From: Planctomycetota bacterium
GTDB taxonomy: Bacteria > Planctomycetota > PLA2 > JAEUHO01
Assembly: GCA_050248855.1 (NCBI GenBank)
Contig: JBFWRP010000009.1
Location: 99,600-163,599, forward strand
Reading direction: 5' to 3'
Length of the DNA: 64,000 nucleotides
Part shown: positions 32,259-41,085 of the stretch, piece after piece
Position numbering within the stretch: position 1 is the stretch's first letter
Layout of the letters: each line of letters begins with the position of its first letter
Made by a program: the position numbers and the translations under genes
The notes under the pieces: generated by a model
Seen by the model: the letters and a program-made list of their open reading frames with translations, nothing else
The model's database searches: none
What the model was told of the DNA's origin: nothing

Positions 32259-33257
32259 TCAGGCCTCGTCATGGCGGGCGACCACGCTCTCGACGCGCTC
32301 GCCGTCGTCATCGAGGTCCAGCCCGTCGTCGTCGTCCAGATCCTCGCCGTCGTCCTCGCTCGGCAAGCTGGCCAGCACCTCGGTGACCACCGCGTTGTGG
32401 CGGTCGAGACGACAGGCCGTCACCGGGTCGAGGCGTTCCTGCAGGTTTTCCACCGTGTAGAGCTCGATGATCCCCTGGTCCACGGCCTCGTTGATCAGGT
32501 CCCGCTTCAGGCGGGGATCGGCAAGGGCGCAGTTGTGCGGAGCCAGGACCTTGTTGACGAGGTACCGCACGCCAACGAACGGAAGGCGCTCCTCCAGCTC
32601 GTCGATCAGGCGCACGAACCCCGTCCAGTCGTAGCCGGTGAAGTCGGGGTCGGGGCCCGGACCGGGGTCGAAGAGCTTGATGGGTCGGCGCTCCTCCCGC
32701 TCCCGCCGTCCGCGCCCCTTCTCCGGGCCTGCGCTCCGCCCGGCCCGCGCGGGGCGCAGGCGCACGGGCTCCAGCACCGCGCCGGCCAGGACGTCGTCCA
32801 GGGCCACTTCGAGGTCGGCCTCCGCGCCGAGCTCGGTGCCCGTGCCCGACGGCGTCACCACCACCACCTGGGCGCCGACGCGGCGCAGGGCGCGCACGAG
32901 GGGCACCATCGTGGGATCGTCGGAGACGAGGACGAACGCATCGGCGTGATCGCCTTCCTCGTGCGCGAGCTCCACGGCGTCGACGGCGAGGCGGATGTGG
33001 CTGCGGTCGTCGCCCTCGTCCGTGGCCGGGACCATCACCGGCTCGTAGCGGGTCCCGAGGAGGACGCGGGGGCCGTCCGGGTCACGGGTCCAGTCCGCGT
33101 AGGCGCGCACGACGCCCAGGCGGCCACCGCCCGCGGCGAAGCGGGCAAGAGCCTGCGGGCAGGCCTCGAAGCGGTCTTCCTGGTTGGCGTCGGCCAGGGC
33201 CAGGCGGACGTTGGCGACGTCGACCAGCAGGGCGACCAAGGCGGGGGCATCGGACAT
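32259..33257 (-). CDS. NYN (LabA/DUF88) domain protein with C-terminal extension
   Basis: LLVDVANV, RAYADW, LAVDA, FVLVSDDP..PLV..LR..G..V; several acidic catalytic positions degenerate. Confidence 0.75.
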   Translation of the reverse strand: MSDAPALVALLVDVANVRLALADANQEDRFEACPQALARFAAGGGRLGVVRAYADWTRDPDGPRVLLGTRYEPVMVPATDEGDDRSHIRLAVDAVELAHEEGDHADAFVLVSDDPTMVPLVRALRRVGAQVVVVTPSGTGTELGAEADLEVALDDVLAGAVLEPVRLRPARAGRSAGPEKGRGRREREERRPIKLFDPGPGPDPDFTGYDWTGFVRLIDELEERLPFVGVRYLVNKVLAPHNCALADPRLKRDLINEAVDQGIIELYTVENLQERLDPVTACRLDRHNAVVTEVLASLPSEDDGEDLDDDDGLDLDDDGERVESVVARHDEA

Positions 33258-33278
33258 GGGTGCCGTTCTCCGGGAACG

Positions 33279-33445
33279 GGGCCGCCCGCGCGCGGGCAAC
33301 CCGGGGGTTCAACAGGCGACCGGCTCCGGCCGCTGACATCGGGTCGCGGGAGGCGGGCGGGCACAGCCGTCCGCGGTCGTGCGACCCCTGGTTTGTACGG
33401 ACCGGGGCTGGCAACCCGAAGGATTGCCCCACCGGACCGCGGCCC
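33279..33445. ncRNA. Candidate 6S-like rod-shaped RNA (strand unresolved)
   Basis: Manual folding gives nested stems across ~167 nt with a central bubble and a terminal hairpin; fills most of the intergenic region. Confidence 0.35.
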
Positions 33446-33462
33446 GGTCGTAGAACGCGCGC

Positions 33463-34251
33463 ATGGATCCGGACGCTTCGACGACCGCACCTCCGTACGT
33501 CGGTACCGGCGTGGCGTTGGTCACGGGTGCCTCCCGCCGCATCGGCCGGCACCTGGCCGAGCGGCTGGCCGCCGCGGGCCACGTCGTCGCGGTGCACGGG
33601 CGCACGGACCGGGCCGGCACCGAGGCCACCGTCGAGGCCATCCGGGCCGCGGGCGGACGCGCCGAGGGGTTCCACGGCGACCTCGCCTCGGCCGCCACCT
33701 GCGCACGTCTCGTGCGCGACATCACGCGGCGGCTGGGCGCGATCGAGGTCCTGGTGAACAACGCCTCGGCGTTCCACGCGGCGTCGTTGGACGAGATGAC
33801 CGTGGCGGACCTGGAGCTGCATCTCGGCGCCAACGCGCGCGCGACGTACGCGCTGTCGCTGCACGCAGGCCGCCAGATGCGCGACCGGCACGAAGCCGAT
33901 CCGGCGCAGCAGGGTGCCATCCTCAACCTTGCCTGCACGTCGGCCGAGCGGCCCTGGTCGCGCTACATCGCCTACAGCGCCAGCAAGGCGGCGGTCGTCA
34001 ACCTGACGAAGGGGTTCGCGCGGCTGCTGGGCCCCGCGGCACGCGTCAACGCACTCGCTCCGGGGCCCATCCTGCCGCCGGCTGGGGGCACGGCGGAGCA
34101 GGCCGACGAGGCGGTTGGCCGCACGCTCCTCGGCCGGCTCGGCACGGTGGACGAGGTGGGTGCGGCGGCCCTGTTCCTGCTCGGTGCCCGATACCTCACC
34201 GGTGTCGTGCTGTGCGTGGACGGTGGGCGCTCCCTGGTCGCCCCGGCGTGA
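33463..34251 (+). CDS. SDR oxidoreductase, pteridine reductase/FolM-like
   Basis: TGASRRIG, LVNNAS, YSASK, RVNALAPG, VDGGRSL. Confidence 0.88.
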   Translation: MDPDASTTAPPYVGTGVALVTGASRRIGRHLAERLAAAGHVVAVHGRTDRAGTEATVEAIRAAGGRAEGFHGDLASAATCARLVRDITRRLGAIEVLVNNASAFHAASLDEMTVADLELHLGANARATYALSLHAGRQMRDRHEADPAQQGAILNLACTSAERPWSRYIAYSASKAAVVNLTKGFARLLGPAARVNALAPGPILPPAGGTAEQADEAVGRTLLGRLGTVDEVGAAALFLLGARYLTGVVLCVDGGRSLVAPA

Positions 34252-34293
34252 CGTTCGCACTCAAGCCGCGGGTACGGTGGACCCGATGAAACG

Positions 34294-35214
34294 GTGGAGA
34301 TCCCTGCCTCGATGAACGTGACCGCCTCCCCCGCCGCGGCGACGCCCACGCGCACCCCCGAGTCGCCCTGGCTGCGTCCGGAGACGGTGGGCGTCGAGTC
34401 CAAGGCCGCCTTCCCCACGCGACCGTTCGCCGTCCGCCACGAGCTGGTCGGGCACCCGCTGCTCACGGTCGAGGGCCTCCTGGCGCTCGTGGACCGCGTG
34501 CCCGCCAAGCACGTCGACTGGCATCCGGCGGACGTGGACCTCGATCACGTGGGCCGGCCGCCCAAGCCTCCCGCCGACCCCCGGCAGCTCCTGCGCGAGA
34601 TCGAGACGGCCAAGGCGTGGCTGGGCCTGGACAAGGTGCAGGGCGATCCCGAGGTGCGCGACCTGTCGCACGCCTTCCTGTCCCAGGCGCTGGCGACCCT
34701 GCCGGATCGCGTCGGTCGCATCCACAAGGTCGAGGCGAACTTCTTCGTGTCCTCGCCGGGGGCGCGCAAGCCCATCCACATGGACCCCGAGCACAACTTC
34801 CTGCTCCAGGTACGGGGCACCAAGACCGTGCACCTCTGGGACGTCGAGGACCGGGAGATCGTGCCCGAGAGCCTGCTCGAGGCGTTCGCAACCACGGCAG
34901 ACTGGGCCGGGCTGCCGGTCAAGCGCAAGGACAAGCCGCCGACCTGCTCCTTCCACCTGGAGCCGGGAACGGGCGTCTACTTCCCCGTGTATTGGCCGCA
35001 TGCCGTCGAGAACGGTACCGGAGAGGCGTCCATCAGCGCCTCGTTCACGTTCCACAGCGACCGTTCGCGGCGCACGGAGACGATCCGGCAGATGAACGCC
35101 AAGCTGCGCCGGCTCGGGCTCTCCCCCCGCGCGCCGGGCGCCTCCCGCCTTGCGGATCGCCTCAAGCTGGGGGTCATGGCCACGGCCCGGGGCCTCAAGA
35201 ATCTCGTGCGCTGA
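34294..35214 (+). CDS. Cupin/JmjC-like dioxygenase
   Basis: FFVSSPG..PIHMDPEHNFLLQVRGTK...PVYWPHAVEN (HxD...H facial triad). Start may be ATG 34312. Confidence 0.82.
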   Translation: MEIPASMNVTASPAAATPTRTPESPWLRPETVGVESKAAFPTRPFAVRHELVGHPLLTVEGLLALVDRVPAKHVDWHPADVDLDHVGRPPKPPADPRQLLREIETAKAWLGLDKVQGDPEVRDLSHAFLSQALATLPDRVGRIHKVEANFFVSSPGARKPIHMDPEHNFLLQVRGTKTVHLWDVEDREIVPESLLEAFATTADWAGLPVKRKDKPPTCSFHLEPGTGVYFPVYWPHAVENGTGEASISASFTFHSDRSRRTETIRQMNAKLRRLGLSPRAPGASRLADRLKLGVMATARGLKNLVR

Positions 35215-35418
35215 TCCTGCTTGAGCCCACGGTCGGTGCTGCCGATAGGAGACGCGGCCGCTCCCCCCTCGGCCGAGGGCCTACCCGCCCCTGGGGGAGA
35301 CTCCATGTCCCGAGCTCAACCCGAGGCCCGCCGCACTCGCACGGCTCGGCTCCCCCACGGCTGGATCGGCCGCTTCCCACCCACCCGGGGCCACCTCGTG
35401 GCCCAAGGAAGCGATCCC

Positions 35419-35898
35419 ATGACCACCATCGCCCGCGTGCTCGTCGTCGATGACGACACTTCCGTGGCCCGCTTGCTGGCCCGGCTCATCGAAACCCGCC
35501 CCTACACCTGTGTCGTGGCCCACTCGGCCGAGGAGGCCCTCGGCATCCTCGAAGAGGCTGCGGAGCCGTACGACGTCGTCGTCTGCGACGAGTGCATGCC
35601 CGGCGCACGGGGGACGGACTTCCTCGCCTTCGTGCGCGGCCGCTGGCCGACGACGCGGTCCATCCTCCTGACCGGCCACGCGACCGTGGAGACGGCGCTA
35701 CGGGCCGTCAACCGCGGCCAGGTCCTGCGCATCCTGACCAAGCCGTGCTCCGCCGACGTGCTGCTCGAGGCCATCGAGGTGGCCGTGGGCGCGCCGCAGG
35801 CGCGCCCGTCACGAGCGACGGCGTGTCCCGCGACGGAGGCGCATGCGGCCAACGACTTCAGCTCGCTGCAGGAGCACCTGCAGTCGCTCGCCAGCTGA
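35419..35898 (+). CDS. Single-domain response regulator
   Basis: VLVVDDD, VVCDECMPG, LLTG, AVNRG, KP. Confidence 0.85.
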   Translation: MTTIARVLVVDDDTSVARLLARLIETRPYTCVVAHSAEEALGILEEAAEPYDVVVCDECMPGARGTDFLAFVRGRWPTTRSILLTGHATVETALRAVNRGQVLRILTKPCSADVLLEAIEVAVGAPQARPSRATACPATEAHAANDFSSLQEHLQSLAS

Positions 35899-35905
35899 GG
35901 CAGCG

Positions 35906-35939
35906 CGAGGCGCGGGCGCCTGCGTGGCGCCCGCGCTCG
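35906..35939. terminator. GC-rich hairpin between convergent genes
   Basis: Perfect 11-bp stem GCGCGGGCGCC-TGCGT-GGCGCCCGCGC (35910-35936); no U-tract. Confidence 0.5.
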
Positions 35940-35948
35940 GGCCCCCGG

Positions 35949-38108
35949 TCAGTCCCCGTGGTACAGGTCGGCGTCGAACTGGGCGCCGGGGCCGTGGCAG
36001 ACCATGCAGGCCTCGGTCCAGTCCTCGGGGTCCGTGATCGGGTTGGGGATCACGTTGAGGATGGCGTGCGCCGCGGCGGCCTCGCTGTCGTGGCAGCTCA
36101 GGCACGTCGCCGAGATCGGCGGCCGGATGGGCATGATCCACGACGTCGGGCTCAGGTCCACACCGAGGATCTGCCCGCCGATGTTGAACACCTGCGCACC
36201 CGCATCCGCGTGGGGCGGGAGCTGGTGCGTGCCCCCGCCGTGGCAGATCGTGCAGTTGGAGACCGGCTGCGGCAGATGGACGTGGCTGAAGTCGATCAGG
36301 CTGCTGAAGCCGAAGACCGAGTAGCCGTTCTCGAGGCCGGCGCCGCGGTGGATCTTGTGGATCATGTAGCGGAAGTCGATCGACGAGGGCACGTTGGTCA
36401 CGGCGTCCGGCGGCGGCGCCGTGCGGCGCGCTTCGTCGCTGGCCCACGTGTTGTGGCACATGACGCAGTACTGGGTCTCCGTCCGCAGGTTACCGTGGAG
36501 GATCACGTCCTTGTGGCAGACGTTGCAGCTGGTCTCGTCCACGACCATGCGCCGGGCGTGGGGGCTGCCGGCCCCCAGGGTGCCGACCGACAGGTCCACG
36601 TAGGCGATGGGGTTGTTGCCGCCGAAGCGGATGTTGACCACCGTCAGACCGCCCACGGCGATGTTCTCCGTGCGGCCCTCCATGCCGACTGCCCACGTCC
36701 CCGAGGCCGAGGGCGGGACGGTGTAGGCCGAGGGGGTGAACGTGTAGACGCCGCCGCCCATGGGCGTGAGCGTGCCGTTGGCCCCGCTGACGGTCACGGT
36801 CGTGGCCTGCGTGTACTCCGGGGCGGGCCCGGCGAACGTCATGGCCGTGCGGTTGAGCGTGGCGATGTCGACGGCGCCCATGTCGTTCGAGGCCGTGAAG
36901 GTCACGGTCGGCGCCCCACCCGGGACCATGCCGGTCACGTTGGTGATGGCATAGGTCAGGTTGGGGTTCTTCGAGCTGAAGTACGGCACGACGTGGGCGC
37001 CGGGGACCGACAGGTCGAACTCGCTCAGCTGGACGGGCTCGTGGCAGGCGGCGCAGGCATCGTCGTCGTTGAACGCGCCCGCGTTGTGCTCGAAGCCCGT
37101 CTGGAAGTCGACGTCGTCGTGGCAGGAGCCGCACGCCGCGCGCCCCGGGGCCGTCCGGTAGTTGTCCGACTGCGCCGAGCCGTGGTGGCAGGTCGTGCAG
37201 TTGCGCACGTCCTGCGTCCAGACGATCTCGTGGTAGTCGTGCACGCCCTGGCCAAAGCCGACGATGCGGTAGTCGTTCGCAAGACTCGAGCCCGCGTGGA
37301 TCTTGTGGATCATGTGCTCGAACTCGACGCTGTTGCCGGTCTCGGGGTCGATCGTCTGGTCGGTGTGACACACCTGGCAGAGGATCACCTCGCGGCGCGT
37401 CCCGCCGTGCACTTCCAGGTGGTCGTGGCAGGCGTTGCACGACTCCGTCGGGACGACGCTGCGCAAGTAGGTCAGCGCGCCGCCCGAGGGCACGAAGTGG
37501 GCGTAGGCGTTGACCACGTCGGAGCGGCCGTCGCGCGTGGCGTAGGAGGCCAGCGTGTGCGTTGCCGCGGCGTCGAAGCCGCTCGGCATGACGAAGCTGC
37601 TCGTGTAGCGGAAGTCGCCACCGCCCAAGGCCTCGAACGTGCCGCCGCTCAAGTTGCTCGCCTGCGTCGCCGACGCCAGGGCCGGCGGGTCGCTGACGAT
37701 GCCGTCGCCGTCCCCGTCGAACGGCGCGCCGCTGCGGTTGTTGACGACGTAGTTCTGGTAGCGGGTGCGCTCGTCGCCACTGGGCAGCGTCGTGACGTCG
37801 ATCCACGCCAAATGCCAACGGGGGTCGCTGTCGAGGTCGGCCAGCGCAAGCGGCTGACCGCCGTCCTCCATGTGGAAGCGCACGACCAAGTGGCCGCTGC
37901 CGTCGATCGAGATGCCTTGGATCTCGAACCAGCGGTCCGTCGTGTTGCCCGACAGCGTGAACTCACCGCTGCCGGTCGGCGGGGGTGTGACGGGACCGCC
38001 ACCACCGCCACCGCCACAGGCCGTGGCGGTCATGCCGACGATCGCGAACAAGGCGAACAAGCTTGCGGTGCGGAACCGCGACCGTACGCGCGTTGCAGGA
38101 TCACGCAC
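35949..38108 (-). CDS. OmcA/MtrC-family decaheme c-type cytochrome lipoprotein
   Basis: Lipobox-like ATA-C + Gly linker; 10 CxxCH in two 5-heme blocks separated by beta-rich domains; two MIHKIH motifs; HG..R motifs; SD GGAGGAG. Confidence 0.88.
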   Translation of the reverse strand: MRDPATRVRSRFRTASLFALFAIVGMTATACGGGGGGGPVTPPPTGSGEFTLSGNTTDRWFEIQGISIDGSGHLVVRFHMEDGGQPLALADLDSDPRWHLAWIDVTTLPSGDERTRYQNYVVNNRSGAPFDGDGDGIVSDPPALASATQASNLSGGTFEALGGGDFRYTSSFVMPSGFDAAATHTLASYATRDGRSDVVNAYAHFVPSGGALTYLRSVVPTESCNACHDHLEVHGGTRREVILCQVCHTDQTIDPETGNSVEFEHMIHKIHAGSSLANDYRIVGFGQGVHDYHEIVWTQDVRNCTTCHHGSAQSDNYRTAPGRAACGSCHDDVDFQTGFEHNAGAFNDDDACAACHEPVQLSEFDLSVPGAHVVPYFSSKNPNLTYAITNVTGMVPGGAPTVTFTASNDMGAVDIATLNRTAMTFAGPAPEYTQATTVTVSGANGTLTPMGGGVYTFTPSAYTVPPSASGTWAVGMEGRTENIAVGGLTVVNIRFGGNNPIAYVDLSVGTLGAGSPHARRMVVDETSCNVCHKDVILHGNLRTETQYCVMCHNTWASDEARRTAPPPDAVTNVPSSIDFRYMIHKIHRGAGLENGYSVFGFSSLIDFSHVHLPQPVSNCTICHGGGTHQLPPHADAGAQVFNIGGQILGVDLSPTSWIMPIRPPISATCLSCHDSEAAAAHAILNVIPNPITDPEDWTEACMVCHGPGAQFDADLYHGD

Positions 38109-38236
38109 GAGACGCTCCTCCCGGCTCGGCGTCGAGGAGCGAGTCTCGCTCCTGCACCGACCGAACACGAGCATAGCGCTCGGGATGCTCCAAGACCGCA
38201 GCGAACCCGGCCTGAGGGCGCGATTCAAACGATTGC

Positions 38237-38250
38237 TTGATACGAATCGA
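38237..38250. promoter_or_regulatory. FNR/CRP-family box upstream of the decaheme gene
   Basis: TTGAT-ACGA-ATCGA, 9/10 match to TTGAT-N4-ATCAA, in an AT-richer patch. Confidence 0.55.
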
Positions 38251-38273
38251 TCTGGTCGGGATTCGCCTGGATC

Positions 38274-38519
38274 TCAGACCGGAGTGGTCGGCGGTTCCGC
38301 GGGCGGCGCTTGGTGCTCGGCCACCACGAGATGGCGCAACAAGGACACCAGGTACACCAGGACCCCGAGGCCGGTCAGCGCCCCCGACACCGTGATGAAC
38401 AGCATGAAGGACATCGCGTGCGTCCAGAACAGCGTGGGCAGCGCGATCAGGAGGCCGGTCACGATCAGGCCCGCCGAAACCCGCAGGCGGTTCTCGAACG
38501 AACGGGGCAGGAGCCGCAT
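38274..38519 (-). CDS. Small two-TM membrane protein coupled to the NapC-like gene
   Basis: MRLLPRSFENRLRVSAGLIVTGLLIALPTLFW...LGVLVYLVSLL; TGATG stop/start overlap. Confidence 0.7.
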   Translation of the reverse strand: MRLLPRSFENRLRVSAGLIVTGLLIALPTLFWTHAMSFMLFITVSGALTGLGVLVYLVSLLRHLVVAEHQAPPAEPPTTPV

Positions 38520-39139
38520 CACTTGCCCTCCGGCGGCGTCCAGCGCTTGAGGCGGTGCAGGCTGCCGATCGAGTGGGTGTTGAAGTGGCACGAGAAGCAG
38601 CGCAGGCGGCCGTCCGCCAGCTTCTCGCGCGAGGCGATGTGCTGGGGGTGCTCGTCGAAGGGGCGTGCGCCTTGGTGGCAGTGCAGGCACTCGCGGTCGT
38701 TGTAGGGCTCGTAGAGCTCGATCTTGTCGGGGATCGTGCCCATGTAGTGCACCCAGAGGTGCTTGAGGCCGTTCATCTTGGCCTTGATGTCGCCGAACAT
38801 CGTGTATTGCGTGTGGCACGTGAAACAGGCCTTCTCGCGCGGAATCGTGCGGTTTTGGTAGTGGACGGCCGGGAGGTGCCGGCTCTCGTCGACGTGCAGG
38901 CTGTCGAAGTACGGCTGCATCTCGTGGCACGAGATGCAGAACGCGGTCGTCTTGGAGCGCTCCATGTGGTTGGCGGCGCCGCCGGCCAGTGCCAAGACGG
39001 GCAACACGAACATGGCGAGGAAGGCCACGGCCCGCCCCCCGAGGTGTCGCGTGACGCGCGGACGGAACACGATCGTCAAGCCCAGGACGATCGTGAGCAC
39101 GATGAGGGCGACGAGCAGGGCGGTCATGGCCGAGAGCAT
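38519..39139 (-). CDS. NapC/NirT/CymA-family tetraheme quinol dehydrogenase
   Basis: Two TM helices; TAFCISCHEM, CFTCH, KAKMNGL, CLHCH, CFSCH. Confidence 0.85.
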   Translation of the reverse strand: MLSAMTALLVALIVLTIVLGLTIVFRPRVTRHLGGRAVAFLAMFVLPVLALAGGAANHMERSKTTAFCISCHEMQPYFDSLHVDESRHLPAVHYQNRTIPREKACFTCHTQYTMFGDIKAKMNGLKHLWVHYMGTIPDKIELYEPYNDRECLHCHQGARPFDEHPQHIASREKLADGRLRCFSCHFNTHSIGSLHRLKRWTPPEGK

Positions 39140-41085
39140 ACGCGGGGGCGGGCACGGGCCCACGCCACGCCGCCGGCCACGACGAACACCAGCTCGACCG
39201 CGTAGAAGATGTCGAGCGCCCGGGCCACGCCGGTCGTGTGCCCGTAGCTGTGCAGCCCGATCCCGAGCAGGTTGACCCCCCACCAGGAGAACGCGGTGAC
39301 GACCCCGGCCACGATGGTGGCCAAGGAGATCCCGAAGGACTTGAGCAGCCCCCCCATGCGGGCGTGCAGGATGCCGAGCTGCGCCAGCACGATCATCAAC
39401 GCCCCGTTCTCCTTGGGGTCCCAGCCCCAGAAGCGCCCCCAGCTCTCGTTGGCCCAGACGCCGCCGAGGATGGTGCCTACGAGCGTGAAGAACAGGGCGA
39501 AGCAGAGCGTTCCGTAGACCATCCGCGCGAGGGCGCGGTCCAGGTCACCCTGCCGCCCGAACACGCCGCGCACGACATGCACGTGGGCCACGGCGCTCGC
39601 CAGGAGGCTGCCCGCGTAGCCGATGCCGATGCAGAGCACGTGCACGGTGAGCCAGAAGTTCGTGTCCAGCACGGCCACGAGCTGGGGCATCGTGTCCTCG
39701 CCCTTGAGGACCTCGTAGCGGTCGGCCAGGAACAGGCCGAGGGCGCCGATGACGGGCGCCAGGGCCAGCGCGACGCGCCGCCGGTCGAGGCGCTCCACGA
39801 ACAAGCAGGCCGCCACCATCACCCATGTCACGAACAGGACGGTTTCGTAGAGGGTGCTGACGGGAGGCCGGTCGCGCAGCACGCAACGCACGACGATCCC
39901 CCCTGCATGCAGGAGCAGCGCCGCGAGCACCGCACCCGCGGCCCCGCGGAGCAACCACGGCGACGGCTTGAGCCACGACACGGCCAGCAGGACGAACGCC
40001 AGCAAGTAGAGCCGGAGGGCCCAGGCGAAGGGAGCCCAGCGGACCAGCGCCACCTCCAGCGGCACTTTGTCGTACTCGCCGCGAGCGCGCGCAAGCGACA
40101 CCGCGCCGTCGTGCCACGCGCGGACCGCCTGGCGGACGGCCCCCGTGTCCGCCGGGTTGGTGGCCGCGGCCTCCAAGGCCTGCAGGATCCCGATCTGCGC
40201 GGGCGAGGGGTAGGCGCCGCCGAGGAACGCGTCGCTTGCCAGGTCGAAGGGCGTGCGCCACGTCTCGTCGGCCGGGTCCAGCGGCGGGACCAGGGCCAGG
40301 GTGCGGGAGCCGCGAACGGCGCGCGTGAGCCCTTCCAAGGCGCGGCTGGTGGGGCTCTCGGGGTCCAGGGCCCCGTCGGGAACGCGGCGCGCCACGGCCA
40401 CCACCTCGTCGGCGCGCGCCAGGACCTCGAGCGCCCCCACGGCCTCGCGGCCCCCGAAGAGCGCCGCCAGCTCCCCGCCGGTCGGCACCTTGCCCTCGCG
40501 CACGGCGGCGAAATCGAGGTAGCCCATCAGCCCTTCGTACAGCGCCACGTCGTGGGCCAGCTCCATCACGTAGGTCTCGACACGCGTGCGGTCCGCCGCC
40601 TCGCGATGGGCGTAGTCGGCCCCCAAGGCGCGCAGGGCGTCGCGGGCGGGCAGCAGGTCCTCGTACGTGTAGCGGTCGCGCTTCTTCTTCGTGTCGAGCC
40701 GGGCCAGGCCGATCGCCTGCAGGACCTCGTCGTCGGGCACCAGGAAGCAAGGGGCGCGGCGGGCGACGGCGGGCCGCAGCAAGGCGTCGAGCAGCCAGCC
40801 GATCGGCCCCTGCGTGCGGCCCCAGGCGTCCTGGACCGTGGCCCGGTGGTTGAGGCGCAGCAGCGTGTAGCGGGACCAGGTCTGGAGCGGCTTCACGCGC
40901 CCCTCGGCTTGCAGCGGGATCGCCGCGACGAGGTCGAGCACGTCGGACGGCCATGCGGCAGGCATGGCCTCGTCGGGCGTGACGGGCGCGGTGGCGACGT
41001 CGCTGCCGCGAGCCAAGGGCAACCCCCCGGCGAGCGCGCCGAGCAGGACGAGGCCGACGAGGGCCGCGAGAAGCCCGCGCTTCAC
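39124..41085 (-). CDS. ccsA: Cytochrome c biogenesis protein CcsA/ResC (System II)
   Basis: GRVKPL periplasmic domain; RPPVSTLYET; VLDTNFWLTVHV; WANESWGRFWGWDPKEN (WWD); GLHSYG. Confidence 0.93.
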   Translation of the reverse strand: MKRGLLAALVGLVLLGALAGGLPLARGSDVATAPVTPDEAMPAAWPSDVLDLVAAIPLQAEGRVKPLQTWSRYTLLRLNHRATVQDAWGRTQGPIGWLLDALLRPAVARRAPCFLVPDDEVLQAIGLARLDTKKKRDRYTYEDLLPARDALRALGADYAHREAADRTRVETYVMELAHDVALYEGLMGYLDFAAVREGKVPTGGELAALFGGREAVGALEVLARADEVVAVARRVPDGALDPESPTSRALEGLTRAVRGSRTLALVPPLDPADETWRTPFDLASDAFLGGAYPSPAQIGILQALEAAATNPADTGAVRQAVRAWHDGAVSLARARGEYDKVPLEVALVRWAPFAWALRLYLLAFVLLAVSWLKPSPWLLRGAAGAVLAALLLHAGGIVVRCVLRDRPPVSTLYETVLFVTWVMVAACLFVERLDRRRVALALAPVIGALGLFLADRYEVLKGEDTMPQLVAVLDTNFWLTVHVLCIGIGYAGSLLASAVAHVHVVRGVFGRQGDLDRALARMVYGTLCFALFFTLVGTILGGVWANESWGRFWGWDPKENGALMIVLAQLGILHARMGGLLKSFGISLATIVAGVVTAFSWWGVNLLGIGLHSYGHTTGVARALDIFYAVELVFVVAGGVAWARARPRVCSRP

